Shown: in pieces, positions 11,472-20,596 of the stretch
Numbering within the stretch: the stretch's first letter is position 1
Layout of the letters: the number at the start of each line of letters is the position of its first letter
NCBI GenBank assembly: GCA_964354405.1
Contig: CAYGZP010000002.1
Coordinates: 135,671-191,966, forward strand
Origin: Candidatus Woesearchaeota archaeon
GTDB lineage: Archaea > Nanobdellota > Nanobdellia > Pacearchaeales > UBA284
Length of the DNA stretch: 56,296 bases
Reading direction: 5' to 3'
Position numbers and translations under genes: made by a program
The notes under the pieces: generated by a model
Told to the model about the DNA's origin: nothing
Database searches by the model: none
What the model saw: only the letters and a program-made list of their open reading frames with translations

Positions 11472-12000
11472 CTATACCTCTTAAAATTATGTGATTTTTT
11501 ATTATTTCCTTTATCAGCAAGGAATCTATATCAAAAGGTCCAATCTTAACTTTAATTTTTGAATTTATATCTTCAACCTGCTCTTTGCTTTTTTTGTTTT
11601 TTGTTTCAATATAAATATCTATATCGCTATCTTTTTTTGCAATAAATTTAGCATAGCTACCGAAAAGGATTATTGTGGTTTCCTTCGTTCGTTTTAAAAT
11701 ATCTTCTATAATAATATTTAAATCAGGATATTTTTTCAGCAATCTAATTAGTTTGTATCTCTCCGCATTGAAAACATAATTTTTTGCTTGTAAATTATTT
11801 TTTATAAAAAAAACCTTATTTTTTCCCTCCATTTTATAATCTAAAACATTCTCTTTTATTAGTCTATTTAATTTTCTTAAAATCGTTGAGTGTGGGGCTT
11901 CTAAGGCTCTCGCTATATTCCTTAGATGATTTTCTCCTTTTAATAAAAGCAATATTATTTCCAGCTCTAAATTGTCTCTTTTTTGAACCATATGTACCAT
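11437..12000 (-). CDS. HTH + minimal nucleotidyltransferase (MNT)
   Basis: N-terminal wHTH; LFGSYAK...SDIDI motif. Confidence 0.85.
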   Translation of the reverse strand: MVHMVQKRDNLELEIILLLLKGENHLRNIARALEAPHSTILRKLNRLIKENVLDYKMEGKNKVFFIKNNLQAKNYVFNAERYKLIRLLKKYPDLNIIIEDILKRTKETTIILFGSYAKFIAKKDSDIDIYIETKNKKSKEQVEDINSKIKVKIGPFDIDSLLIKEIIKNHIILRGIDEFYDKTNFFE

Positions 12001-12060
12001 ATATGAACCAATCTTTTTAAACCTTTCTATTTTAATCTCTATAAAATTTGCTGAGCTGCC

Positions 12061-12774
12061 TTAGAACAGCTCAAGGAACTCAGCTTCTGTAAAATGCAAT
12101 GAAGCAGGAACAATGAAACAAAAAGGCTCCTTGACTCGCGGGACTTTTTTTAACAACTCTTTCAACTTGCTATAAACAATATGCTGCTCGTCAGTGCCAA
12201 ACCTTGAGCAAACAATTATATTGTCAATTTCGCCCTTGGATGCTTTGTCTAATTCATATAAAGCTTCATGAATACTCAAGTCAATATCAACCAAAACTAA
12301 AGTGTGCGCGCTTATTTTCAGATTATCCCTAACAACATCATAGAAACTTGTGGGCTCGTAGCTCTTGTGCCACTTCGGAATGCTCGTTGTCTTGCCGAAC
12401 TTGTAAATCTGCAACCCTGTCTCGGTAATCGCGCTGAAAATAGAAGAGTTATGCAAAACTTTCACCGGAACTTTCAACTTCTTTGCCTCTTGCAATAGGG
12501 AGATGTGAGTTGTCGCGGCAAGAGGATCGCCATAAACGAGCAGCGCGACATTTTTCTTTTTAGCTTCTTTCACAAATTCTCGTGATTTATTTTCAACAGT
12601 CTCTCGCACAGCAATCGCGACTTTTTTGCCAATTACTTTCTCAAGCTGTGCTTTCTTGTAAGGCAGTGTAGTAGTATATATTTCCAAATAAATCTTATGG
12701 CATTTTTTCAGGGCTTCAATGGCTTTCAGCGAGATATCTTTCAGATCCAAGCCCAATCCGATAATGTATAACAT
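12061..12774 (-). CDS. dph5: Diphthine synthase
   Basis: MLYIIGLGL, GDPLAATTH, GLQIYKFGKTTSIP, HTLVLVD, LHFTEAEFL. Confidence 0.95.
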   Translation of the reverse strand: MLYIIGLGLDLKDISLKAIEALKKCHKIYLEIYTTTLPYKKAQLEKVIGKKVAIAVRETVENKSREFVKEAKKKNVALLVYGDPLAATTHISLLQEAKKLKVPVKVLHNSSIFSAITETGLQIYKFGKTTSIPKWHKSYEPTSFYDVVRDNLKISAHTLVLVDIDLSIHEALYELDKASKGEIDNIIVCSRFGTDEQHIVYSKLKELLKKVPRVKEPFCFIVPASLHFTEAEFLELF

Positions 12775-12839
12775 AAGAATCTAAGAAAAAGATTAGTTAA
12801 AAGGCTTTTGTTTTGGGTTTTTAGGGGTTTTGATGGATA

Positions 12840-13598
12840 TTAAAATTCATGATAAAGCTCTACAACTTTTTTTTCTAGGTCTTGTCTTAAAAATTCAGCA
12901 GGTTTTTCTTTGTTGACATATGTCGAAGGATAGATAGACGTTCCAATATTGACTTTTATTGGGGCCACGCTGAATTTACTTGTTCCTTTTATGCTGATGG
13001 GAGTTATAGGAATATTCATATTATATTCTTCAAAAACCTTCAATGCAAGTTTTGGGGCACCTATGAGAAAGGGTTTTATTTCTTTATTTGTGGGGTCATA
13101 TTCACTATAGATATTTTTTAAATTGAACTGTAAAAAAACTAAAGGTAAGTTATCTAAAAGATTTTGCTTTGAGATTCTGATAAAATCTCCATTATATATC
13201 CCATTTCCACGAACATCTATTGGGATTGAGCCTATTTCTTTTATAGATTTAGAAAAGAAATTTAGAAACGACTTATAGACAACTGATGAAGTTATTGGAA
13301 GTAAAAATGGAGAGAAAATAGAACAATTTCTTTTGATTTGTTTCCTTATGTGCCAATTTAACTTAGATGGATAGAAATGGTCGCTATTTGTAATAAAATA
13401 TAGTTGTTTTTGATATAATCTGACTAAAGCAGCAACATCTGCGACATCAGTTGGGTGGTTCGCAACAATAATATTCGCACCCTCCTCAATTTTATTTTGT
13501 TTTCCTTTAACTGAAATCCCCCTAGGAAGTAAGATTAAACTAAGAGGTCTTATTACATGCTCATATTTCAGTCTTGATTCATAATTTTCTTTACTCAT
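12840..13598 (-). CDS. PlsC-like lysophospholipid acyltransferase
   Basis: IIVANHPTDVAD (HX4D-type motif), IPIDVR, PITPISIKG. Confidence 0.7.
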   Translation of the reverse strand: MSKENYESRLKYEHVIRPLSLILLPRGISVKGKQNKIEEGANIIVANHPTDVADVAALVRLYQKQLYFITNSDHFYPSKLNWHIRKQIKRNCSIFSPFLLPITSSVVYKSFLNFFSKSIKEIGSIPIDVRGNGIYNGDFIRISKQNLLDNLPLVFLQFNLKNIYSEYDPTNKEIKPFLIGAPKLALKVFEEYNMNIPITPISIKGTSKFSVAPIKVNIGTSIYPSTYVNKEKPAEFLRQDLEKKVVELYHEF

Positions 13599-13632
13599 TT
13601 TAGATTATATCTTAATTAAAAAACGAAAAGTC

Positions 13633-13881
13633 TTATTTTCTTCTTTTCTTGAAAATTTTTCTTAATATAAAAACAGATAAGCAAGACAAAGGATATAAAA
13701 CTATTCCAAATATGGCTGTGTTTAAGACAACATCAAAAATTTGTCTCGAGAAGATTCTGCTCAAGAAAGTTGCCCGCAATACAGGAACACACAACAAAAA
13801 AACCATCACTAATACCAAAGCCAAAACCAAATCAAAGATAATTTTCACTTTTGTCAGCTTAAAAAATTCTCCAATTTTCAT
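13633..13881 (-). CDS. Small two-TM membrane protein
   Basis: Two hydrophobic segments; 4-bp overlap with neighbour. Confidence 0.65.
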   Translation of the reverse strand: MKIGEFFKLTKVKIIFDLVLALVLVMVFLLCVPVLRATFLSRIFSRQIFDVVLNTAIFGIVLYPLSCLSVFILRKIFKKRRK

Positions 13882-14144
13882 CTTTTCCTCTTTCTCATGG
13901 ATTTAACCAGCGACGCCAAGGCCACAAGAGCTACAAAAACAAATGCACTCGCCAAAAAAAGCAATGTTTCTCCTGTTGCAATGAAAACTGAGATTATTAT
14001 TGCTAAGAAACTTATCAAAATCATCAGCTTAAACCATTTTCTTCCTTGCTTAAGTTCTTCAGGAGTAAACTTTGTTATCAATAATCCGACCGGATAACCA
14101 AGTAAAGCAACAACAATCGCAACAATTATCTGCCAAGCGTTCAT
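13878..14144 (-). CDS. Small three-TM membrane protein
   Basis: Hydrophobic; EELKQGRKWF loop; 4-bp overlaps on both sides. Confidence 0.7.
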   Translation of the reverse strand: MNAWQIIVAIVVALLGYPVGLLITKFTPEELKQGRKWFKLMILISFLAIIISVFIATGETLLFLASAFVFVALVALASLVKSMRKRKR

Positions 14145-14935
14145 TTTATAATTTCTATTTTAGGATAATGAATGCAGATTCCTGCACTTTTTATTCTTTC
14201 TTCTTTTATTATATTTTTAATCTCCTCTACAAACTTATAAAATTTCTCTTTATTTTTTATTGTTTCATAACTTTGAGGGAATTGTTTTCGTAAAACATTG
14301 ACAAAATCTGTCCCAGCGGCGTTTAAGTTTAAAAATTCAAACCAATAAAAATCAGTAAATTTTTTACTTTTTCTAACTATCTCCCTCACGTCAACTAATC
14401 TAGGAATTATAGGACTTATAAAACAATAAGTTTTTATTTCATTTTCTTTTAAAATTTTTAAGGTTTTTAATCTCTCTCCATTTGAGCACGAGTTTGGTTC
14501 AAACAATTCTTTAATTTTTCCTTCAAAATCATTAATAGTTAATCCAACTTCAATCGTCTTGAATTTCTTTAAAATATCAATATCTCTTAAAACTAAATTT
14601 GATTTTGTTAATATTGAAAGTTTTATGTTTTTGTTCAAGTTTTCCAAGATTTTTCTAGTTAATTTAAGTTCCTTTTCTATTGGTTGATAAGGATCGGAAA
14701 CACTTGACATAATAACATCCCCTTCAACAAATTTGTCTTTTACTAACTCTGAAGCATTTATTTTGGCTTCAACCCAACTACCCCATTTTCCATAGTTTCT
14801 CCATCTGCACATAAACTTTGCATAACAATAAAGACAATTATGCTGACAGCCAACATACTGATTTATAACATAAGAAGCTCCAGGAAGTTTTGTTTTAGTA
14901 AATATTGATTTAGCTTTTGTTTTAATTATTCTCAT
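14141..14935 (-). CDS. Radical SAM protein (spore photoproduct lyase-like family)
   Basis: NQYVGCQHNCLYCYA (CX3CX2C), SSVSDPYQPIE, ILTKS. Confidence 0.9.
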   Translation of the reverse strand: MRIIKTKAKSIFTKTKLPGASYVINQYVGCQHNCLYCYAKFMCRWRNYGKWGSWVEAKINASELVKDKFVEGDVIMSSVSDPYQPIEKELKLTRKILENLNKNIKLSILTKSNLVLRDIDILKKFKTIEVGLTINDFEGKIKELFEPNSCSNGERLKTLKILKENEIKTYCFISPIIPRLVDVREIVRKSKKFTDFYWFEFLNLNAAGTDFVNVLRKQFPQSYETIKNKEKFYKFVEEIKNIIKEERIKSAGICIHYPKIEIIK

Positions 14936-15693
14936 TTTTTTCTCCCGATATAATAATTTACTGTAGTAGTATTATTTAATTTATATTCGCCTCTTTTAAT
15001 TGTTCTAAATCCTCCTTCGAAAATTTCTTCAGTTTCATGACCGAGTAAAACTAAATATCCTTTAGGTTTCAATATCTTTCTTACTTTGTTAAAAGTATTT
15101 TCAACATAATTTCCATAATATCCAGTAATCCCTAATGAAAAAATGCTGATTATCAAGTCAAATTTCTTTTTAGTCTTGAATTTCAAAAAATCAGCCAATA
15201 TAAAATGACATTTCTTTAAAGATTGTTTTTTTCTTGCTTTTTCGAGCATTTTTTTAGAATTATCCAAGAGAGTTATGTTTTCAAAGCCATTTTTTAATAA
15301 AATTTCATCTGCTATACCCGTTCCAGCACCAACATCTAGAATAGAAATATTTTTTGGTAAATTCTTAATTTTATTTATAAGAAATTTTGCCGCTCGAATA
15401 TTTTGACCTTTTCCACTAAATCTTATATCTTTGTCATAATATTCAGAAAATTTGTCATAATACTTTTTCAAATCTTCTTTTGTATGAATCACTGGTAAGA
15501 ATAAATTGCGTGGCAAATAAGCAAAATAGCGAATGGTTCTTTTATTGCATCTAACAGAAAGGAAAATCATTCTTTTTAGTGGATTTTTAATATAAATCCA
15601 TGAAGGCCTTATCTTATTTGTTTTATCATATTCAATCTTGAATCTTGGAAATTTTTTTCTTGCAACAAAAATGGATCTTACCTTCACATTCAT
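14932..15693 (-). CDS. Class I SAM-dependent methyltransferase
   Basis: ILDVGAGTG, LDNSKKML, FDLIIS, LKPKG. Confidence 0.85.
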   Translation of the reverse strand: MNVKVRSIFVARKKFPRFKIEYDKTNKIRPSWIYIKNPLKRMIFLSVRCNKRTIRYFAYLPRNLFLPVIHTKEDLKKYYDKFSEYYDKDIRFSGKGQNIRAAKFLINKIKNLPKNISILDVGAGTGIADEILLKNGFENITLLDNSKKMLEKARKKQSLKKCHFILADFLKFKTKKKFDLIISIFSLGITGYYGNYVENTFNKVRKILKPKGYLVLLGHETEEIFEGGFRTIKRGEYKLNNTTTVNYYIGRKK

Positions 15694-16457
15694 TTTATCC
15701 CCAGATTGAAAAACTTAGTGGCATTTAAATCTGTCTGCTTTTCAACTTCCACGATGCTGAGTTTCTTTATCTCTGCTATTTTCTCCAAAGCAACCTTGAC
15801 ATTGAGTGGAGTTCCATATTTCTGTCCTTCTTGCGCAAACCAAGGCGAATCAGTTTCTAGAAGAATTTTGTTGAGGGGCATGTCTCTTGCAATTTTCCTG
15901 ATATCTTTTGATTTTTGGATGCCTGGCCCAATCGAGATAAACCATCCATTTTCAATAACCCTCCCCAAAAATTTTCTATTGCCGAACAAATGCATCAAAA
16001 CTTTTTTTCCTTGCATTCCCTCTTCTTCCAAGATAGCAATTGTGTCTTCAGTCGCATCTCGCGAGTGTATAACTAAGGGCAACTCGAGCTTCTTGGCAAG
16101 AGCAATGAATTTTCTGAAGAGATGTTTTTGTTTTTCTCTGAACTCAGGCTCTTTAATCCAATAATAATCCAATCCTGTTTCACCGATGGCAACTATTTCA
16201 TCCTTATGCTTTTCAATTTCTTTGATTGCTTCATCAATTTCTTTTTCTGAAGCTTCTTTGATATAAGTGGGATGAACCCCTATCGCACAGAAGATGAAAC
16301 CCTTATTTTCCCTTACAAGTTTGAGTGTAAGTTCAACATCTCGGGGGTGGGCGCAGCAAGTTATCAAGGCGCGAAGCTCGCGTTTGCATTGCTTAATGAC
16401 TTGTTCCCTGTCCTTATCATAATCTTTCTGTTCCAAGTGGCAATGGCAGTCTATCAT
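15690..16457 (-). CDS. tatD: TatD-family nuclease
   Basis: DCHCH, GVHP, IGETGLDY, IHSRDA, LLETDSP. Confidence 0.93.
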   Translation of the reverse strand: MIDCHCHLEQKDYDKDREQVIKQCKRELRALITCCAHPRDVELTLKLVRENKGFIFCAIGVHPTYIKEASEKEIDEAIKEIEKHKDEIVAIGETGLDYYWIKEPEFREKQKHLFRKFIALAKKLELPLVIHSRDATEDTIAILEEEGMQGKKVLMHLFGNRKFLGRVIENGWFISIGPGIQKSKDIRKIARDMPLNKILLETDSPWFAQEGQKYGTPLNVKVALEKIAEIKKLSIVEVEKQTDLNATKFFNLGIK

Positions 16458-16533
16458 AAATTAGAGAGAAAGATTAAATTTTTAAACATATGGTTACTTT
16501 TATTATTCTATTTAATTTATTAAAATTATAAAA

Positions 16534-17241
16534 ATGGACTGGTTAAAGAAATTTTTTGGTGATATTAAGAAAAATAAAGGGAAGGACTTGGCATTAACCC
16601 CTCAGCAAATTACCAAGCTGTATTATCTAGCAACAGTCGACACCAAGACACAGCTTTACAATTACAGATATTTTAATTCTGAATTAAAACACGAGCTGGC
16701 AATCTCAGAGCGTTATGGAAGGCCAATCTCACTGATTCTGATTGATATAGATGATTTCAAAAGAATAAATGACAATGAAGGCTACTTGCGCGGCGACGAG
16801 ATTTTACAGATGGTTGCAACACTCATCAAGAGCAATGTCCGCGACACAGATGTTGCAGCGAGGTTTGGCGGAGAAGAGTTCATTGTGCTAATGCCAGAAA
16901 CAAAAGAGGAAGACGCTGAAAAACTCGCGGACAGAACCCGCGGTTATATACTTGGAGACAAGTTCCTTTTCAAATATCATATAACTGTAAGTGTGGGAGT
17001 TGCACAAAACTTGCCTATAGAAAAAGACACTTCCATTGAACAAAAAAGTCTTTACTCGCAATTCATGCCTCAGAAAAGTGCTAAGGAAAGCGAGATTAGC
17101 TTGTTTGAAAAAGCCAACCTTGCTTTGAAGTATGCCAAAACCCATGGCAAAAATCAAACAGCCGCTTACAGCACAGTACACAAACTTTCTTTGTTGGGGG
17201 ATATCAAACATTCAGTTAAAGAGCCTGAAAATAAAAGTTAA
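16534..17241 (+). CDS. GGDEF-domain protein (diguanylate cyclase-like)
   Basis: DTKTQLYNYRYF, IDIDDFKRIND, GD, RDTD (RxxD I-site), ARFGGEEF, ALKYAKTHGKN. Confidence 0.9.
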   Translation: MDWLKKFFGDIKKNKGKDLALTPQQITKLYYLATVDTKTQLYNYRYFNSELKHELAISERYGRPISLILIDIDDFKRINDNEGYLRGDEILQMVATLIKSNVRDTDVAARFGGEEFIVLMPETKEEDAEKLADRTRGYILGDKFLFKYHITVSVGVAQNLPIEKDTSIEQKSLYSQFMPQKSAKESEISLFEKANLALKYAKTHGKNQTAAYSTVHKLSLLGDIKHSVKEPENKS

Positions 17242-17274
17242 ATTTAAAAGTTCTTAAGTTCTTTGTAATTTTAA

Positions 17275-17349
17275 GGGCCTGTAGCTCAGCCTGGATAGAG
17301 CGCTTGCCTTCTAAGCAAGATGTCGCAGGTTCAAATCCTGTCAGGCCCG
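17275..17349 (+). tRNA. tRNA-Arg(TCT)
   Basis: GGGCCTG/CAGGCCC acceptor stem; anticodon arm CTTGC-CTTCTAA-GCAAG; GTTCAAAT T-loop; no intron, no encoded CCA. Confidence 0.95.
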
Positions 17350-17430
17350 CTCTGATTTTTAAAGGTTGTCTTTCAGAATAATAATCTTTAAAATTTAGAA
17401 GACTTTTTATTTTAAGCAGGCGGGGGACAA

Positions 17431-17724
17431 ATGGATAATTTAGAAAACACTATAGAGGATATAAGGGTGGCCCTATCTGTCCGCGGTTGGAACACGATGC
17501 TGAGAATGAATGGGGAATTAGAGATTTCTAAAAATTTCACAACGAAGGATAAGGAAGGAAATGATATAGAAAAAGGGGAGGAGTTTCTAATAAGTGATAT
17601 TAAAAAAGAAGGGAAGTTTTATGTTGGTTCTGGTAAGGGTTCTGGTAAGAGAGAGTTTTATTATGACACTGTCGAAGAAGTTCTTAAACATATTGAGTCT
17701 GTAGAAGTGATATATAAATTGTGA
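17431..17724 (+). CDS. Hypothetical protein
   Basis: 97-aa ORF between the tRNAs with a GGGGGAC RBS-like motif. Confidence 0.6.
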   Translation: MDNLENTIEDIRVALSVRGWNTMLRMNGELEISKNFTTKDKEGNDIEKGEEFLISDIKKEGKFYVGSGKGSGKREFYYDTVEEVLKHIESVEVIYKL

Positions 17725-17764
17725 TATAGAAAATTTAAAAACTACTAATTCTTAATAGCGATAT

Positions 17765-17837
17765 GCGCGGGTGGCTCAGCGGCTACGGCAGTCGGCTGCA
17801 GCCCGACTATTCGGGGGTTCGAGTCCCTCCCCGCGCT
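17765..17837 (+). tRNA. tRNA-Cys(GCA); island integration target
   Basis: GCGCGGG/CCCGCGC acceptor stem, U73 discriminator, anticodon arm GTCGG-CTGCAGC-CCGAC, GTTCGAGT T-loop. Confidence 0.95.
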
Positions 17838-17839
17838 TT
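17825..17839 (+). repeat. attL core CCCTCCCCGCGCTTT
   Basis: 3' end of tRNA-Cys; identical to 32518-32532. Confidence 0.88.
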
Positions 17840-17873
17840 ATGTTAGTGAAAGGGGTATATTTATATAGTAATT

Positions 17874-19058
17874 ATGCTTTTATTTTCTATGATAAAACGA
17901 GATCCTTATCATAGCAAACAGCTTTTTGAGAATTGGTTAAGGAAAGTAGAGAGAAAAAAGGAAATAGAAGGAATCAATGTTCTTCATTCTAAACTAACTA
18001 TAAATTATATTAAAGATATGGCTCTAGGAATTAACATTTCTAAATCTAGCAAAAAAGGAGCAAGAAGCTATATCAGGCTTCATACAATGAGATTAAGATT
18101 AACCTATCTTTTTAGATTGTTAGAAAATAGGAAAGTTAATGATATAACTAAGGTTACTCCGCAGATTCTACATAAATTGTTTAGTGATATGAGAGAAGGG
18201 GGATTAACAACAAGAGCAGGAAAGCCATTTAAATCTGCAGGAGATTATGTTAAGAATTTCAAAGCTTTTTGGCATTGGTACCAAAGAATTATGAAAAGTA
18301 AAGGAAAGATTATAGGAGATGTTTGTGAGGATTTAGATACAAGAGGAGAAAAACCTAAATTTGTTTATTTTAGTGATAAGGATTGTGAAAATCTGATTAA
18401 AGAAGCAAGTTATGATTTAAAGCCATTTTTGGCTTTGGCTTTTGATAGTGGTGCAAGAAGCTCAGAATTAATAAATATCAAAGTCTCAGATTTTTCTAAT
18501 GATTTTAAAGAGGTTAATATAAGAGAAGAAACAAGCAAGACTTTCGGAAGAAAGATTAAATTAATGCTTTGTTCTGAACAAATAAAAAATTATGTTAATA
18601 AGATTGGATTAAAATCAGATGATTTTCTCGCAAGAAAAAATCCTCCTATGATAAACAAAGAATTAAGGAAAATAGGAAAACAAATTTTAACTCCTGAACA
18701 GATCAAGTTCAAGAATTTAACTTTATATGATTTTAGGCACAGCTCAGCTTGTTTTTGGCTTCCTAAATACAAGAGTGAGAATGCTTTGATGTATAGGTTT
18801 GGCTGGAAAAGAAGCGATATGATCCATTATTATACTGAATTCTTAGGCATGAAAGATACAATAAAGCAAGAAGATATGTATGATGATGTAACAAAAACAG
18901 AATTAGAAAAAGAAGTTAAGAATTTAAAAAAACAACAAATGGAATTTCAAGCTGAAATTACGCAAAACCTTAAATTATTTATGCCTTTAATTAAACATTC
19001 TAAACTTCTGAAGCCTGTTGTGTCAAAAAAAGAATATGCTAAATGGTTGAAGGAATAA
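17874..19058 (+). CDS. Tyrosine recombinase/integrase
   Basis: FDSGARSSEL (R), TSKT (K), YDFRHS (YxxR variant of HxxR), RFGW, HYY (Y nucleophile). Confidence 0.92.
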   Translation: MLLFSMIKRDPYHSKQLFENWLRKVERKKEIEGINVLHSKLTINYIKDMALGINISKSSKKGARSYIRLHTMRLRLTYLFRLLENRKVNDITKVTPQILHKLFSDMREGGLTTRAGKPFKSAGDYVKNFKAFWHWYQRIMKSKGKIIGDVCEDLDTRGEKPKFVYFSDKDCENLIKEASYDLKPFLALAFDSGARSSELINIKVSDFSNDFKEVNIREETSKTFGRKIKLMLCSEQIKNYVNKIGLKSDDFLARKNPPMINKELRKIGKQILTPEQIKFKNLTLYDFRHSSACFWLPKYKSENALMYRFGWKRSDMIHYYTEFLGMKDTIKQEDMYDDVTKTELEKEVKNLKKQQMEFQAEITQNLKLFMPLIKHSKLLKPVVSKKEYAKWLKE

Positions 19059-19182
19059 AAAATAATTAAACCTCGTATGCCCTTAATGAATGCTAAGATA
19101 AAGAAATGAAAATTCGTAAACAATTCGAAATAAATTCAAGGCTTTGTGTATAAGGTGGCTCTTGTGTAAAAAGTCAGTTAAA

Positions 19183-19536
19183 ATGAATAACAAACAAAAA
19201 TTAAAATTATTCTGGAACATCACTAAACACATTAATAAAAAATTCTGCGACAACAAACTTAAAATTAATGATATAATTTTATTTAAAAAAGGAGATCTGC
19301 ATAAATCTTTTCCGAATAAAGATGGTTGGTATTTTAACAAGGAAAAGCAGATTTTAATAAGAAAAGATGAAACCCTTATTATGCAGCTTGTAATCCTAGC
19401 TCATGAACTTGCTCATGCCTATCAACACCAAATTTTAAACCATAAGAAGATAAAACACGATAAGAAGGGAGGAAAAATGTATCAGAAATTTTTAAAGGAA
19501 ACTGATAAGATAATTAATATAAAATGTATTGGATAA
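19183..19536 (+). CDS. SprT-like HEXXH zinc metalloprotein
   Basis: ILAHELAHAYQH...KHD; ATG at 19183 preferred over TTG at 19144. Confidence 0.65.
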   Translation: MNNKQKLKLFWNITKHINKKFCDNKLKINDIILFKKGDLHKSFPNKDGWYFNKEKQILIRKDETLIMQLVILAHELAHAYQHQILNHKKIKHDKKGGKMYQKFLKETDKIINIKCIG

Positions 19537-19871
19537 CTAAAAATATAGGAACTGCATCTTTGAAAGAATTGGAAAACTTAAGAAAGACAGAAAATGCAGA
19601 AATTGAGTTAGTTATAGACTTGATAGATGGAAAACAAATCAATAGGGGGCAATTTAAGTCAAAAATAAGACATATAGAAAAATTGATTAAAAAAGGAAAA
19701 AATGTAATTATTGTTTGTAGAGGGGGAATAAGCAGAAGTAATGCAGTAGCATTGGCTTATTTAATTCAAACTGGAATGTCTTTTGAAGAAGCTTACTCTT
19801 TAATTAAAAGTAAAGTTCCTATTGAAAATGTAAGACCAGATTTATTAGAGTTTATCAGAAACAATTTTTAG
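19524..19871 (+). CDS. Dual-specificity (CX5R) phosphatase
   Basis: VCRGGISRS P-loop, DLIDG acid loop, FEEAYSLIKSK. Confidence 0.85.
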   Translation: MYWITKNIGTASLKELENLRKTENAEIELVIDLIDGKQINRGQFKSKIRHIEKLIKKGKNVIIVCRGGISRSNAVALAYLIQTGMSFEEAYSLIKSKVPIENVRPDLLEFIRNNF

Positions 19872-19941
19872 TAATTTCTGTTTAAAAAGTAATGGTTAAT
19901 TAGGATTTATTAAACAAAGCTCCTTTCTTTGTTGTTTTTCC

Positions 19942-20512
19942 CTTAGTGTTCTTATAGCAGTTCCTTGTAGATTTCTTATTGGGTTCCTTGTTGTCGCTCT
20001 TATTGGCTTCTTATTGAGTCTCTTGTTGACCCTTGTTATTGCTTCTTATTGGCCCTTGTTGTTGGTTCTTATTGGCTCTTATTGTTGGCACTTGTTGGCA
20101 CTTGTTGATGGCTCTTGTTGTAGTTCCTTGTTGGCACCAGTTGCATCTCTTGTTGACCTCTTGTTGCAAGGCTTGTTGGCTTCTCGTTGGACTCTCGTGG
20201 TAAAGGCTTTGTGATATCTTTGTAAAGGCCTTGTAGCTCTAGTGGGATCTCTACTGTTAGCTCTACTAGAATCTCTACTGTTGGCTCTACTAGCAGCTCT
20301 AGTGTTATTTCTACTAGCAACTCTCGTAGCAGGGCTCCTGTTAGCTCTACTAGCAGCTCTACTGTTGGCTCTCGTAGCACGAAGGATTGATCTCTCGTTG
20401 TAAGGGCATTGCAAGGAATTTGCAAGGGGTTGTAAGGAATTAGGCGCTATCTCCAAGGAATTGCAAGGGATTAGTCTCTCGTGCCCCCCTCGTTGTAGTG
20501 TCTTGTTTCTAG
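19942..20512. repeat. Degenerate tandem array of about 45 units of 10-13 bp with drifting consensus
   Basis: CTTRTTGG-type units, then twelve exact 12-bp units at 20239-20382 (CTACTGTTRGCT / CTACTAGCAGCT), then TTGCAAGG-type units. Confidence 0.9.
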
Positions 20513-20596
20513 GTTCCGTGAAGTTATTAGTTGATAGTTGATGGAAAAAGTTAAAAGGATGTTTGGCGTAAATGAGATATTGTAGAATAAAAAAAT

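Noticed and set aside
17350..17764. Second island at tRNA-Arg
   Set aside because: No duplicate of the tRNA-Arg 3' end found; only one small ORF lies there
20014..20456. ORFs 20014-20214, 20069-20425 and 20079-20456 as real genes
   Set aside because: They overlap on both strands, are explained by the 12-bp periodicity, and none spans the array
19942..20512. CRISPR array
   Set aside because: Units are 10-13 bp, abutting and degenerate; there are no constant 25-40 bp repeats with unique spacers and no cas1/cas2
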